Assembly: GCA_946497775.1 (NCBI GenBank)
Contig: CAMMLS010000001.1
Coordinates: 32,280 to 96,279, forward strand
Direction of reading: 5' to 3'
DNA: 64,000 bases
From: an uncultured Clostridium sp.
Lineage (GTDB): Bacteria; Bacillota; Clostridia; TANB77; CAG-508
This document shows positions 48,535-57,300 of this stretch, one piece after another. Each line of letters opens with the position of its first letter. Positions within the stretch are counted from its first letter, which is position 1. The translations under genes and the position numbers were made by a program. The notes under the pieces were generated by a model that had not been told where the DNA came from, made no database searches, and saw only the letters and a list, made by a program, of their open reading frames with translations.

Positions 48535-49197
48535 ATGGTAGAAATTTCAACATCAATATTATCGGTAAGAGATGAAGATTCGATAAAAACATTTTATAAT
48601 TTAGAAACTGCTAAAACAGACTATTTTCATATTGATGTAATGGATGGGAAATTTGTAGAAAATAATACATCTAAGCAAATGTTAAAATTCGCAGAAAATA
48701 TAAAACAAATATCAAATTTGCCACTAGATGTGCATTTAATGGTACAAGACGTAGATAGATTTTTAGAAGATTATATTCCACTACAACCAAGTTTTATAAC
48801 AATACATTATGAAGCATTTTCTAATAAAGAAGACTTATTAAAAATAATAAGTAAAATAAAACAAAATGGTATAAAATGTGGATTATCTATTAAACCAAAT
48901 ACTCCAATAAAAGAAATATACGAATATTTGCCATTTATTCATATGGTACTGATTATGACCGTAGAACCAGGAAAGGGAGGACAAACACTAATAAAAGAGA
49001 CAATAGAAAAAATTAGTGAGTTAAAAAAATATGTAGAAGAAAAAAATATAGACATATATATAGAAGCAGATGGTGGAATAAATTTAGATACAATTAATGT
49101 GCTAAAACAAGCAGGAATAGATATAGCCGTTGTAGGAAATGCTATTATAAATGCAGATGATTATAAAACTATAATTCAAAAATTAAAAAACATATAA
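48535..49197 (+). CDS. rpe: Ribulose-phosphate 3-epimerase
   Basis: 220 aa. ISTSILS, HIDVMDGKFV, LDVHLMV, MTVEPGKGGQ. Confidence 0.9.
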   Translation: MVEISTSILSVRDEDSIKTFYNLETAKTDYFHIDVMDGKFVENNTSKQMLKFAENIKQISNLPLDVHLMVQDVDRFLEDYIPLQPSFITIHYEAFSNKEDLLKIISKIKQNGIKCGLSIKPNTPIKEIYEYLPFIHMVLIMTVEPGKGGQTLIKETIEKISELKKYVEEKNIDIYIEADGGINLDTINVLKQAGIDIAVVGNAIINADDYKTIIQKLKNI

Positions 49198-49200
49198 AAA

Positions 49201-49232
49201 AATAGAACTTCACTTTTGAAGTTCTATTTTTT
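49201..49232. terminator. Bidirectional terminator
   Basis: ATAGAACTTCA..TGAAGTTCTAT flanked by an A-run and a T-run. Confidence 0.8.
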
Positions 49233-49235
49233 ATC

Positions 49236-50450
49236 TTATTCAGCTACCTTTTCTTCTTTTTTATTTATAATAGAAGTTAAAAGCATACCAAAACCTACAA
49301 GTACAATTATTAATGAAATAATTGGTCCTGCATAAGGAATTAGTGATAATGCCCATAATACTATTGTTACTATAATAACTGCAAATAAATTATTAAATTT
49401 AGCAAGAGCTTTTGCTTTGCTAGCTAATTTTCCAGAAATGCCTATTACTGCCATTGCAAAAGATAGTGCTAATGCAATCATATATATAGCTAGTAGAGCA
49501 AATCCAACAGGCACACCTATAACTGTCATCATTAATAATACAGAAATTAATGGTGTAACAACTAATGTAACTAATCCTATTAAAATAGATATTCCAATTT
49601 TCTTAGGAGACATTGATGTTAGTCTACCATAGAATTTAGGTGCAAGTTTAGATGCTACAATCCAAACAACTAATACAGATACTAAAATCATTAATAATGA
49701 AACAAAATATCCTATTACACTACCATTTTGAGAAGTAATTGCAAGTGCGCTGTAATTTACATCACCTGTAACTAATCCATCTGCTAATTCAATTTCACTT
49801 GGTGTAGAATAATTTAAGTTACCATAGATTAAGCAATCAGATTCAATGTTTAATGCCTTTTTAGCTTCAATGTTAACATCTTTACCAATAACACCATTTA
49901 TGTTTGCAGTATTACATGTAACTTTTAAATCTCTATATGCAACTCCATCATATGATACATTTAAAGTATCACATACTGCATATAAATCATAAATTAATCC
50001 ATTTAATGTAATAGTATCTGCCATTGCAAAAACATTACCATATATTTGACCACCATCAATATTTAATGTTTGTGCAATAACAAAAAGGTCTCCTCCAATT
50101 TGACCATTTACTGTAACTGTATTTGCAACAACAAAAGCATTACCGTTTACAGTTTCAGAATCAGTAATTGTAACTGTATCACCTGATGCAAAAAGATCAT
50201 GGTTAGTACTAGCCTCTTGTGTTGTATCAGTTGAATCTTCACCAGAAGTATTTTCACCTTCTGTACCTTCAGTTGTTGCGTTTTCATCAGTTGAAGTATT
50301 TTCATCAGTCGAAGTAGCATTTTCCTCTGATGTAGTTGTTACTGCACTGTTTTCATCAGTAGCAGAGGTATCAGTTGCAAAACTGAATGTTGAAATTAAA
50401 CTTAAAATTGTTACTAAAACTAGTAAAATTTTTAAACTTTTTCTTGACAT
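49236..50450 (-). CDS. Membrane protein with bactofilin-like (polymer-forming) beta-helix repeats
   Basis: 404 aa with a signal peptide and a Thr/Glu/Asn-rich spacer. Repeats include VNGNAFVVANTVTVNGQIGGDLFVIAQTLNIDGGQIYGNVFAMADTITLNG. The C-terminus has multiple TM helices. Confidence 0.55.
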   Translation of the reverse strand: MSRKSLKILLVLVTILSLISTFSFATDTSATDENSAVTTTSEENATSTDENTSTDENATTEGTEGENTSGEDSTDTTQEASTNHDLFASGDTVTITDSETVNGNAFVVANTVTVNGQIGGDLFVIAQTLNIDGGQIYGNVFAMADTITLNGLIYDLYAVCDTLNVSYDGVAYRDLKVTCNTANINGVIGKDVNIEAKKALNIESDCLIYGNLNYSTPSEIELADGLVTGDVNYSALAITSQNGSVIGYFVSLLMILVSVLVVWIVASKLAPKFYGRLTSMSPKKIGISILIGLVTLVVTPLISVLLMMTVIGVPVGFALLAIYMIALALSFAMAVIGISGKLASKAKALAKFNNLFAVIIVTIVLWALSLIPYAGPIISLIIVLVGFGMLLTSIINKKEEKVAE

Positions 50451-50543
50451 ATAATTGTCTCTCTCCTTCCATATTTTAATAATTATTATAATATAGCTTT
50501 ATTTTAATTTTGTCAATTATATACACAAAAAAAACACATAAAT

Positions 50544-50687
50544 TTATGTGTTTTTTTTCTTGACTTCTCTACTAAAAAAATATGCACAATTTACCTGTGG
50601 AGTCAAGGTTTTACTAGATATTTCATCTAAAGAGCATTTACCGTCTTTTTGATAAATACAATCACAAGTACAATTAATATTAGTCAA
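50544..50687 (-). CDS. 47-aa cysteine-rich miniprotein (TTG start), not in the ORF track
   Basis: GAGGTGA RBS followed by TTG. Sequence: MTNINCTCDCIYQKDGKCSLDEISSKTLTPQVNCAYFFSREVKKKNT. The stop lies inside terminator 50527-50559. It resembles small Cys-rich proteins common in Clostridia. Confidence 0.45.
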   Translation of the reverse strand: MTNINCTCDCIYQKDGKCSLDEISSKTLTPQVNCAYFFSREVKKKNT

Positions 50688-50732
50688 GAAATCACCTCGC
50701 GATAATAAATAGTATAAATATTTTTTATAAAA

Positions 50733-51387
50733 TTATACTATTTTTTTATCACATAAATTATTTATAGGACAAATGTCGCATTTTGGTTTTCTGCTATCAC
50801 ATATTTTTCTACCATGATAAACAAAAAGATGATTTACATCTTTAATATATGTTTTGGGAATTATTTTTAATAAATCTAATTCTATTTTTTCTGGATTCGT
50901 TTGTTTACTTAAACCGAATTCTGTTAGAAACACGTCTGGCATGTGTGTCAACAGCTATACCAACAGGACTATTAAACGCTTCTAGCATTATAACATTTGC
51001 ACTTTTCCTACCAATACCAGGAAGAGATGTAAGCTCTTCCATAGTTTTTGGAACTTCACCTTTAAAGTCTTCTAATATTTTTTTACTACATGCAATTATA
51101 TTTTTGGCTTTGTTTTTATAAAATCCACAAGGATGAATTAATTCTTCTAACAAATGTACATCCATATTTGCAAAATCTTCTGGTTTATTGTATTTGGCAA
51201 ATATAGCTGGAGTTGTTTTATTTACTCTCTCATCTGTGCATTGTGCAGATAGCATTACAGAAATTAAAAGTTCGAATGGAGAACCAAAATCTAAGCTACA
51301 AGTAGCTTCTGGATGGGCCAATTTTAGTTTTTCTATTATTTCTACAATTTTTTCTTTATTTCTTTTCAATATTAATCCTTCTTTCAA
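50733..51387 (-). CDS. nth: Endonuclease III (DNA glycosylase/AP lyase); needs a +1 shift at CGG 50916-50914
   Basis: HhH motif LPGIGRKSANVI. The junction is ..VDTHARRVSNRI|GLSKQTNPEKIE... The C-terminal 4Fe-4S cluster motif is CDSRKPKCDICPINNLC. Confidence 0.85.
50914..50916 (-). other. Putative +1 recoding site (ATT CGG T)
   Basis: In-frame CGG of ORF 50905..51387. Homology continues at GGT starting at 50915 on the minus strand. Confidence 0.65.
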
Positions 51388-51445
51388 AATAATTTCACGT
51401 TTTTTAGTTTAAATAATATAATATATTAAAAGGAGGTAATATATT

Positions 51446-51596
51446 ATGTTAGGCTTGCTAAAAAAGACATTGGGCGTTTGTTTAATAGGCTTTGGGATAG
51501 GTATTTTAATGGTCCTATTACTTCCTATAACAGGATGGTTATTTATAATCCGGAGTTGCACTATGTATTATAGGCATAGCGTGGCTGGCATGCTAA
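51446..51596 (+). CDS. Small two-TM membrane protein; probable +1 shift at CGG 51551-51553
   Basis: AAGGAGG RBS. MLGLLKKTLGVCLIGFGIGILMVLLLPITGWLFII, then CGG. The +1 frame gives a second hydrophobic helix, GVALCIIGIAWLAC. The 0 frame gives a polar tail that runs over the next RBS. There is no homology support. Confidence 0.35.
51551..51553 (+). other. Possible +1 recoding site (ATC CGG A)
   Basis: In-frame CGG relative to ATG 51446. The call rests on hydrophobicity and analogy only. Confidence 0.35.
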
Positions 51597-51792
51597 TTAT
51601 AAAGGAGAGTGTTTTAAAGTGAAAATTGTTGTTAAAAAAGTACCCAAGTTTTTAAGAGGTTTTGTTAAACTGATTTTTGGTATTAGAGATTAAATACATA
51701 AGAAAGGTGGTATGTTTAGTGCCACTTTTCTTTATTTTACAATATAATTAATAAAAAGAATGTCTTATATAAAAAGACATTCTTTTAAAATA

Positions 51793-51990
51793 CTAAACTC
51801 TTTCTACTTTTCCAGAACGTAAACATTTAGTACATACATTAATTCTTTTATGTTCTCCATTAACAACAGCTTTAACTTTTCTTAAATTAGGTTTCCAAGC
51901 TCTTGTTGTTCTTTTACTAATATGAGAACGAGTAATACTTAATTTATTACCAAAACTAACTGATTTATCACAAATTTCACATTTAGCCAT
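51793..51990 (-). CDS. rpmB: 50S ribosomal protein L28
   Basis: MAKCEICDKSVSFGNKLSITRSHISKRTTRAWKPNL... The start is taken at ATG 51990 (RBS GGGAGGTG), four codons inside the track ORF. Confidence 0.9.
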   Translation of the reverse strand: MAKCEICDKSVSFGNKLSITRSHISKRTTRAWKPNLRKVKAVVNGEHKRINVCTKCLRSGKVERV

Positions 51991-52240
51991 AGTATAAAGC
52001 ACCTCCCATATGTTTATTAAATACGACTACTAGATAGTTTACCATATTTGTATAAAAAATTCAAGTGTTTTGGCAAAAAAACATGGGGATGTTTATTGGT
52101 GAGGTATTTTGAACTATCGAGGACAGAATTATAAGAATAGATGTGGAGTTTTATTACTTTTAAAAGTTAAAAAGTATAGACAAAGTGGAGATTTTTGTAT
52201 ATAATGATTCTAGAGGTTTAGTACAAAAGGGGATAGAAAA

Positions 52241-52810
52241 ATGAAAATTATATTAGCGTCAAAGTCTCCAAGGAGAAAAGATTTATTAGGCATGTTTGTG
52301 CCTGAGTTTGAGGTGGATGTTAGTAATGCAGATGAGATATTAGAAGAAGGACTTAGCATTATTGAACAATCTAAAAAACTTGGTTATATTAAAGCAAAAG
52401 CTGTTTTTGATAAGACAGAAGGCGATAGAGTTGTTATTGGGTCTGATACTATGGTTGTAAAAGACGGAAAATTATTTGGAAAACCAAAAGATTTTAAGGA
52501 TGCTGTTGAGATGTTAGAAACGTTAAGAAATGATAAACACCAGGTTATAACCAGTATTGCAATTCTTTCACAAGATGGAGGCAATTACGCTGAATATATT
52601 GACTATGATATTACAGATGTATATTTTAAAGATATTTCAAGAGAAGAAATTGTAGATTGGATAAATGAGGGAAAATGTTTTGACCAAGCTGGTGCCTATG
52701 CAATACAAGATAAATTTGCTGTTTTTATTGATAAGATTGATGGAAATTATTCTACTGTTGTAGGACTTCCAATACATAAAGTATATGAGTATATAAAAAA
52801 GTGGTTATAA
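52241..52810 (+). CDS. maf: Maf-family nucleoside triphosphate pyrophosphatase
   Basis: 189 aa. IILASKSPRRKDLL, GSDTMV, AGAYAIQ. Confidence 0.88.
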   Translation: MKIILASKSPRRKDLLGMFVPEFEVDVSNADEILEEGLSIIEQSKKLGYIKAKAVFDKTEGDRVVIGSDTMVVKDGKLFGKPKDFKDAVEMLETLRNDKHQVITSIAILSQDGGNYAEYIDYDITDVYFKDISREEIVDWINEGKCFDQAGAYAIQDKFAVFIDKIDGNYSTVVGLPIHKVYEYIKKWL

Positions 52811-52818
52811 AAGAAAAG

Positions 52819-52851
52819 AGCGATTTTGATTAAATTTCAAAATCGCTTTTT
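52819..52851. terminator. Rho-independent terminator (bidirectional geometry)
   Basis: AGCGATTTTGA..TCAAAATCGCT followed by TTTTT. Confidence 0.8.
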
Positions 52852-53231
52852 CTAAGGGTAATTATTTCTTAATTTTTAGGCATCTTATAAATAAATGGGT
52901 CGTATATACATCACTTCCTTTTCTAATTTTTATAAATATTTAAGAACTATTATGTTTAAGTATAAAAACAATTACTTATAGGCATCAACCTCCTTAATTT
53001 AATTTAATTTTTAGTATAAGTATATATTATTTAATTATTGTTATTTTCTATAAACATACCTCCTTTAAAAATTTAATATCGCTACTTAACTTTCATTTTC
53101 TTATTACCTCCTCCCTTGTACAGTCTTATTTTATACAAGATATATGTTTTCTCTGTGAACTATATTTGAAGTTTATATGTAAAAAAATTAAGAATTGTGA
53201 TAGAATAGTAAAAAAATTAGGAGGGATTTTT

Positions 53232-54458
53232 ATGAAAATTTTAATAAAACACTGTAATTTAATATCAGTTGAGCCTGATAGAGAGTTGTTTGAGAAAGAT
53301 ATAGATATTTTAATCGAGGATGATATTATTAAAAAAATTAGTAAAAATATAAATGAAGATGTAGATAAAATAATAAATGCTACCAATAAAGTTGCAATGC
53401 CAGGTTTAATAAACACTCATGCACATGTGCCTATGAGTATTTTTAAAGAAAATTTAGATGGATATTCTCTTCAAGAATGGCTAACTCAAAAAATTTGGCC
53501 AGCCGAGGCAAAACTCACAGATGAAGATATTTATAAATCCTCTATTATGTCGTTCAAAGAAATGATAAGAACTGGCACTACTACTATTGTAGATATGTAT
53601 TTTATGCAAGATAATATAATTAAAGCAGCAGAAGATACATTTGTTAGAATTGAACTTACTAGAACTTTAATGGATTCAGATGGAAATGGAGATAAAAAAC
53701 TAAAAGAGCTAGAAGAATTAATTAAAAGATTTACTAATAATAAAGGGAATATAAGTATAAATGTTGGAGCACATGCATTGTATACTTGTAGTGAAAATTA
53801 TCTTCAAAAAGCTGTTGCTCTTGCCAAAAAATATAATCTAAATTTTCAAATGCATTTTTGCGAAAATGCGCAAGAGGTTAAAGATATAAAAAATAGCTAC
53901 CATGTAGAAAATCCAGGCGAAGTATTAGAAAAATATTTGGAAGGTACAAATGCTATTTTAGCTCATTGTGTAAAATTAAACGATACAGATATAGAAAAAA
54001 TGAAGCATCTAAATATAAGTATTTCTCACTGCCCTATTAGTAACCTAAAACTTGGATGTGGTATTGCAAGAATAAATAAATTATTAGAAGAAGGAATAAA
54101 CGTAAGCTTAGGCACAGATGGACAGGGAAGCGGAAGTAGCTTAGATTTATTTGAAGCTATGAAATTTACTGCTCTTCTTCAAAAGGGAATTAATGAAAAC
54201 CCAAAATTATTGCCCGCATATGAAATTATAAAAATGGCAACTATAAATGGGGCAAAGGCATTAAAAAAAGAAAACGAAATTGGAAGTATAAAAGAAGAGA
54301 AAAAAGCAGATATAATTATTTTAGATATGGAAAATCCTGTTATTACACCTATAAATGATATTTTTTCTGCAATTGTATACAATACAAAAGGAACGGATGT
54401 AGATACAACAATTATTAATGGAAAAATTTTAATGGAAAATAAAAAAATTAATGTATAA
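53232..54458 (+). CDS. mtaD: Amidohydrolase of the MTA/SAH deaminase (MtaD) type
   Basis: Start at ATG 53232 (RBS AGGAGGG). Metal-binding motif NTHAHVPMS, plus HFCE and GTDG. Confidence 0.75.
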   Translation: MKILIKHCNLISVEPDRELFEKDIDILIEDDIIKKISKNINEDVDKIINATNKVAMPGLINTHAHVPMSIFKENLDGYSLQEWLTQKIWPAEAKLTDEDIYKSSIMSFKEMIRTGTTTIVDMYFMQDNIIKAAEDTFVRIELTRTLMDSDGNGDKKLKELEELIKRFTNNKGNISINVGAHALYTCSENYLQKAVALAKKYNLNFQMHFCENAQEVKDIKNSYHVENPGEVLEKYLEGTNAILAHCVKLNDTDIEKMKHLNISISHCPISNLKLGCGIARINKLLEEGINVSLGTDGQGSGSSLDLFEAMKFTALLQKGINENPKLLPAYEIIKMATINGAKALKKENEIGSIKEEKKADIIILDMENPVITPINDIFSAIVYNTKGTDVDTTIINGKILMENKKINV

Positions 54459-54518
54459 AGTAATAAAACTCCTATAATAAGCATAACAATTTATAAAGCT
54501 TATCATAGGAGGTTTTTT

Positions 54519-54689
54519 ATGGTATTCTTATTTAATAAAGCTAGAATTTACTCGTATTTAATTGCGGTAACAACCGTTGTAGTTTTATTTGTGGTAGCAG
54601 CTAATTTAGATACAGAAGATTTAGCTATACAAGCATCAGCCAATAATACTAATAATACAATTAATGCAATTGTAAATATAATAGATTGA
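54519..54689 (+). CDS. 56-aa membrane miniprotein, not in the ORF track
   Basis: GGAGG RBS. Sequence: MVFLFNKARIYSYLIAVTTVVVLFVVAANLDTEDLAIQASANNTNNTINAIVNIID. Confidence 0.4.
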   Translation: MVFLFNKARIYSYLIAVTTVVVLFVVAANLDTEDLAIQASANNTNNTINAIVNIID

Positions 54690-54735
54690 ATAAATTTCTT
54701 TTAAGAGGTAAAGATAATAATAAAGTCTTTTATTT

Positions 54736-55239
54736 ATGGGGAGAAAACAAATGGCTTTTATTGGGATAATTACTTCTAATAAAAATGAAGAAATTTTAAA
54801 AAAATCAGTATTAAATATTTTAAAAAACAGTCAAACAAAACATAATGTAATTGTAATAAATGAAGAAAATATAGGCAACATGAAAAATATAAAATTTAAT
54901 AGCATAATTATGAATAAAGAAAATAATATTAAAGAAAACAAAAAAATAATTTTAAAGCAAATTCTTAAAAATACAAAATATTTAATAGTAAACTCAGATG
55001 TATATACTAGATTAGACATGATAACAAATATTAATATTGCAGTAATAACATATGGATACAATTTAAAAGCAACAGTAACTGCCTCAAGCATAAATGAAGA
55101 AAAAATATTATTATGTATACAAAGAAATATAAAGGTTGACAATAAAATAGACATTGAGCCAAAGGAAATGTATGCCCAAATTCTTGCAAATGACGTATAT
55201 ATAACCATGGCCGCTAATATTGTAAAATTATTATATTAG
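54736..55239 (+). CDS. Hypothetical protein
   Basis: 167 aa and Asn/Lys/Ile-rich. The alternative start ATG 54751 has better RBS spacing. No domain recognised. Confidence 0.45.
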   Translation: MGRKQMAFIGIITSNKNEEILKKSVLNILKNSQTKHNVIVINEENIGNMKNIKFNSIIMNKENNIKENKKIILKQILKNTKYLIVNSDVYTRLDMITNINIAVITYGYNLKATVTASSINEEKILLCIQRNIKVDNKIDIEPKEMYAQILANDVYITMAANIVKLLY

Positions 55240-55407
55240 TAAAATTTTATGTAAAAAAGTTACTTTTTTTAAAAAAAATGCCATTTTATGTAGACAAAAC
55301 ACTAAAAAAGTAGTATAATAGTGCATGAGGGGATTTGCGAAATCCCAAAAATGGAGAACAATTAAAAAATTAAGCTACAATGGATAAATTAATTAAGGGG
55401 GAAGAAA

Positions 55408-56109
55408 ATGGATACAAATTATACAGATAATAACCACATTATATTAGTGGGAAAGGTTACAAGTGATAAAGTATTTAGTCATGAAGTTTATGGAGAAAGA
55501 TTTTATATTTTTAAAATGGAAATTCCAAGATTAAGCGGGACATCTGACATAATACCAATTACAGTTTCTGAAAGACTTTTAGTTTCAGAAGATTTAAAAA
55601 TAGGAGAAAAGGTAGTAGTTAAAGGTCAATTTAGATCATATAATACATATGTTGACAATAAGAACAGATTAATTCTTACAGTATTTGCAAAAGACCTTAT
55701 AACAGAAAACAATTTCACAGAAGAACAAGAAGAATGGGAAAAACAAAATATTTCTAATGAAGTTGTTTTAAATGGATATGTATGTAAACCACCGATTTAT
55801 AGACAAACTCCATTTAAGAGAGAAATTGCAGACTTATTGTTAGCAGTAAATAGAGCATATAACAAATCTGATTACATACCTTGTATAGCATGGGGAAGAA
55901 ATGCTAGATTTTGCCAAAACATGGAAGTTGGAACTTGCGTAAAAATCGTAGGTAGAGTTCAATCTAGAATTTATGAGAAAAAGCATGAAGATGGAACTGT
56001 TGAAGAAAGAGTTGCATACGAGGTATCAATAGGAAGCATGGAAATTGTTAATGAAAATGATGACGGAGAAAATCAAGAGGCACCGGTAGAAAATCAAGAA
56101 GCAATTTAG
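55408..56109 (+). CDS. SSB-like protein with two tandem OB folds and acidic tail
   Basis: 233 aa. OB-1 is IILVGKVTSDKVFSHEVYGERFYIF..VVVKGQFRSYN. OB-2 is VVLNGYVCKPPIYRQTP..VKIVGRVQSRIYEKK. The acidic C-terminus is NENDDGENQEAPVENQEAI. A TAGACA-17-TATAAT promoter lies upstream. Confidence 0.6.
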   Translation: MDTNYTDNNHIILVGKVTSDKVFSHEVYGERFYIFKMEIPRLSGTSDIIPITVSERLLVSEDLKIGEKVVVKGQFRSYNTYVDNKNRLILTVFAKDLITENNFTEEQEEWEKQNISNEVVLNGYVCKPPIYRQTPFKREIADLLLAVNRAYNKSDYIPCIAWGRNARFCQNMEVGTCVKIVGRVQSRIYEKKHEDGTVEERVAYEVSIGSMEIVNENDDGENQEAPVENQEAI

Positions 56110-56123
56110 TGTTAAATAATAAC

Positions 56124-56157
56124 AAAGCAGATAGTTTTTTTAAACTATCTGCTTTTT
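56124..56157 (+). terminator. Rho-independent terminator
   Basis: AAGCAGATAGTT..AACTATCTGCTT followed by TTT. Confidence 0.8.
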
Positions 56158-56274
56158 GATTTCTAATTAAACATTAAATTTCAATGAACAGCTGAAATAG
56201 ATTAATATATTATTGACTTTATCTAATTATTTCTATATAATTTATGCATAAAAATAGATTAAAGAGGAGAATGT

Positions 56275-57267
56275 ATGAAGTTAATTGAGAATATTAAAAA
56301 TATAGCTAGGCAGAATATTAAAACAATAGTATTACCTGAAACTAATGATGAGCGAGTTTTAAGGGCAGCTATTCAAGCAGAAGATGAAGGGATTGCTAAA
56401 ATTGTTTTAGTTGGAAATGAAGCAACTACAAAAGAATTTGCAAATGAAAAAGGCATTGATATTTCTAAAATTAAGTTTATTGACATTGAAAAAACTGATA
56501 AACTTGCAGATTATGCAAAGACTTTATATGAACTAAGAAAACATAAAGGAATGACATTAGAAGAAGCTTGCGTGAAGATACTAGACCCTGTTTATTTTGG
56601 TATGATGATGGTTAAGTGTGATGATGCAGATGGACTTGTTTCTGGTGCTGCTCATTCTACTGCGGATACTTTAAGACCAGCTCTTCAAATTATTAGAACA
56701 AAAGAGGGAGAAAAGCTAGTTTCTGCATTTTTTTTGATGGATGTACCAGATTGCATTTATGGAGAAAACGGAGTTTTTATTTTTGCAGATTGTGGTTTAA
56801 ATGAAAATCCAGATAGTGAAACACTAGCAGAAATTGCAGCAACTTCTGCTAAATCATTTGAAAAACTAGTTCAAAAGGAATCTAGAATTGCAATGCTTTC
56901 TTATTCAACTCATGGAAGCAAAGTATCTGAATTGACTGAAAAAGTAGTTAAAGCTACTGAAATATTAAAACAAAGATATCCAGAAATTAAGGTCGAAGGA
57001 GAGCTTCAAGTTGATGCTGCTATTGTGCCAGAAGTTGGCAGAACAAAAGCTAGTAAGAGCGAAATTGCTGGTACCTGCAATACATTAATATTTCCAGACA
57101 TAAACTCTGGTAACATTGGTTATAAATTAGTACAAAAATTAGCAAAGGCAGAAGCTTATGGTCCTATTTGCCAAGGAATTGCAAAGCCTGTAAATGATTT
57201 ATCAAGAGGATGCAAAGTAGAAGATATAGTAGGAGTAATTGCAATAACTGCTGTTCAAGCACAGTAA
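56275..57267 (+). CDS. pta: Phosphate acetyltransferase
   Basis: 330 aa. IVLPETNDERVLRAA, SGAAHSTADTLRPALQII, DINSGNIGYKLVQ. Confidence 0.9.
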   Translation: MKLIENIKNIARQNIKTIVLPETNDERVLRAAIQAEDEGIAKIVLVGNEATTKEFANEKGIDISKIKFIDIEKTDKLADYAKTLYELRKHKGMTLEEACVKILDPVYFGMMMVKCDDADGLVSGAAHSTADTLRPALQIIRTKEGEKLVSAFFLMDVPDCIYGENGVFIFADCGLNENPDSETLAEIAATSAKSFEKLVQKESRIAMLSYSTHGSKVSELTEKVVKATEILKQRYPEIKVEGELQVDAAIVPEVGRTKASKSEIAGTCNTLIFPDINSGNIGYKLVQKLAKAEAYGPICQGIAKPVNDLSRGCKVEDIVGVIAITAVQAQ

Positions 57268-57300
57268 TTAATAAAATAAAGAAAGATGAGGAAGATTTAA

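Noticed and set aside
51618-51693. A 24-codon GTG-initiated ORF (MKIVVKKVPKFLRGFVKLIFGIRD) with the RBS AAGGAGAG after the small membrane protein gene.
   Set aside because: It is plausible but unsupported: very short, with no recognisable family, and dependent on how the upstream CGG site is read. It is not listed as a feature.
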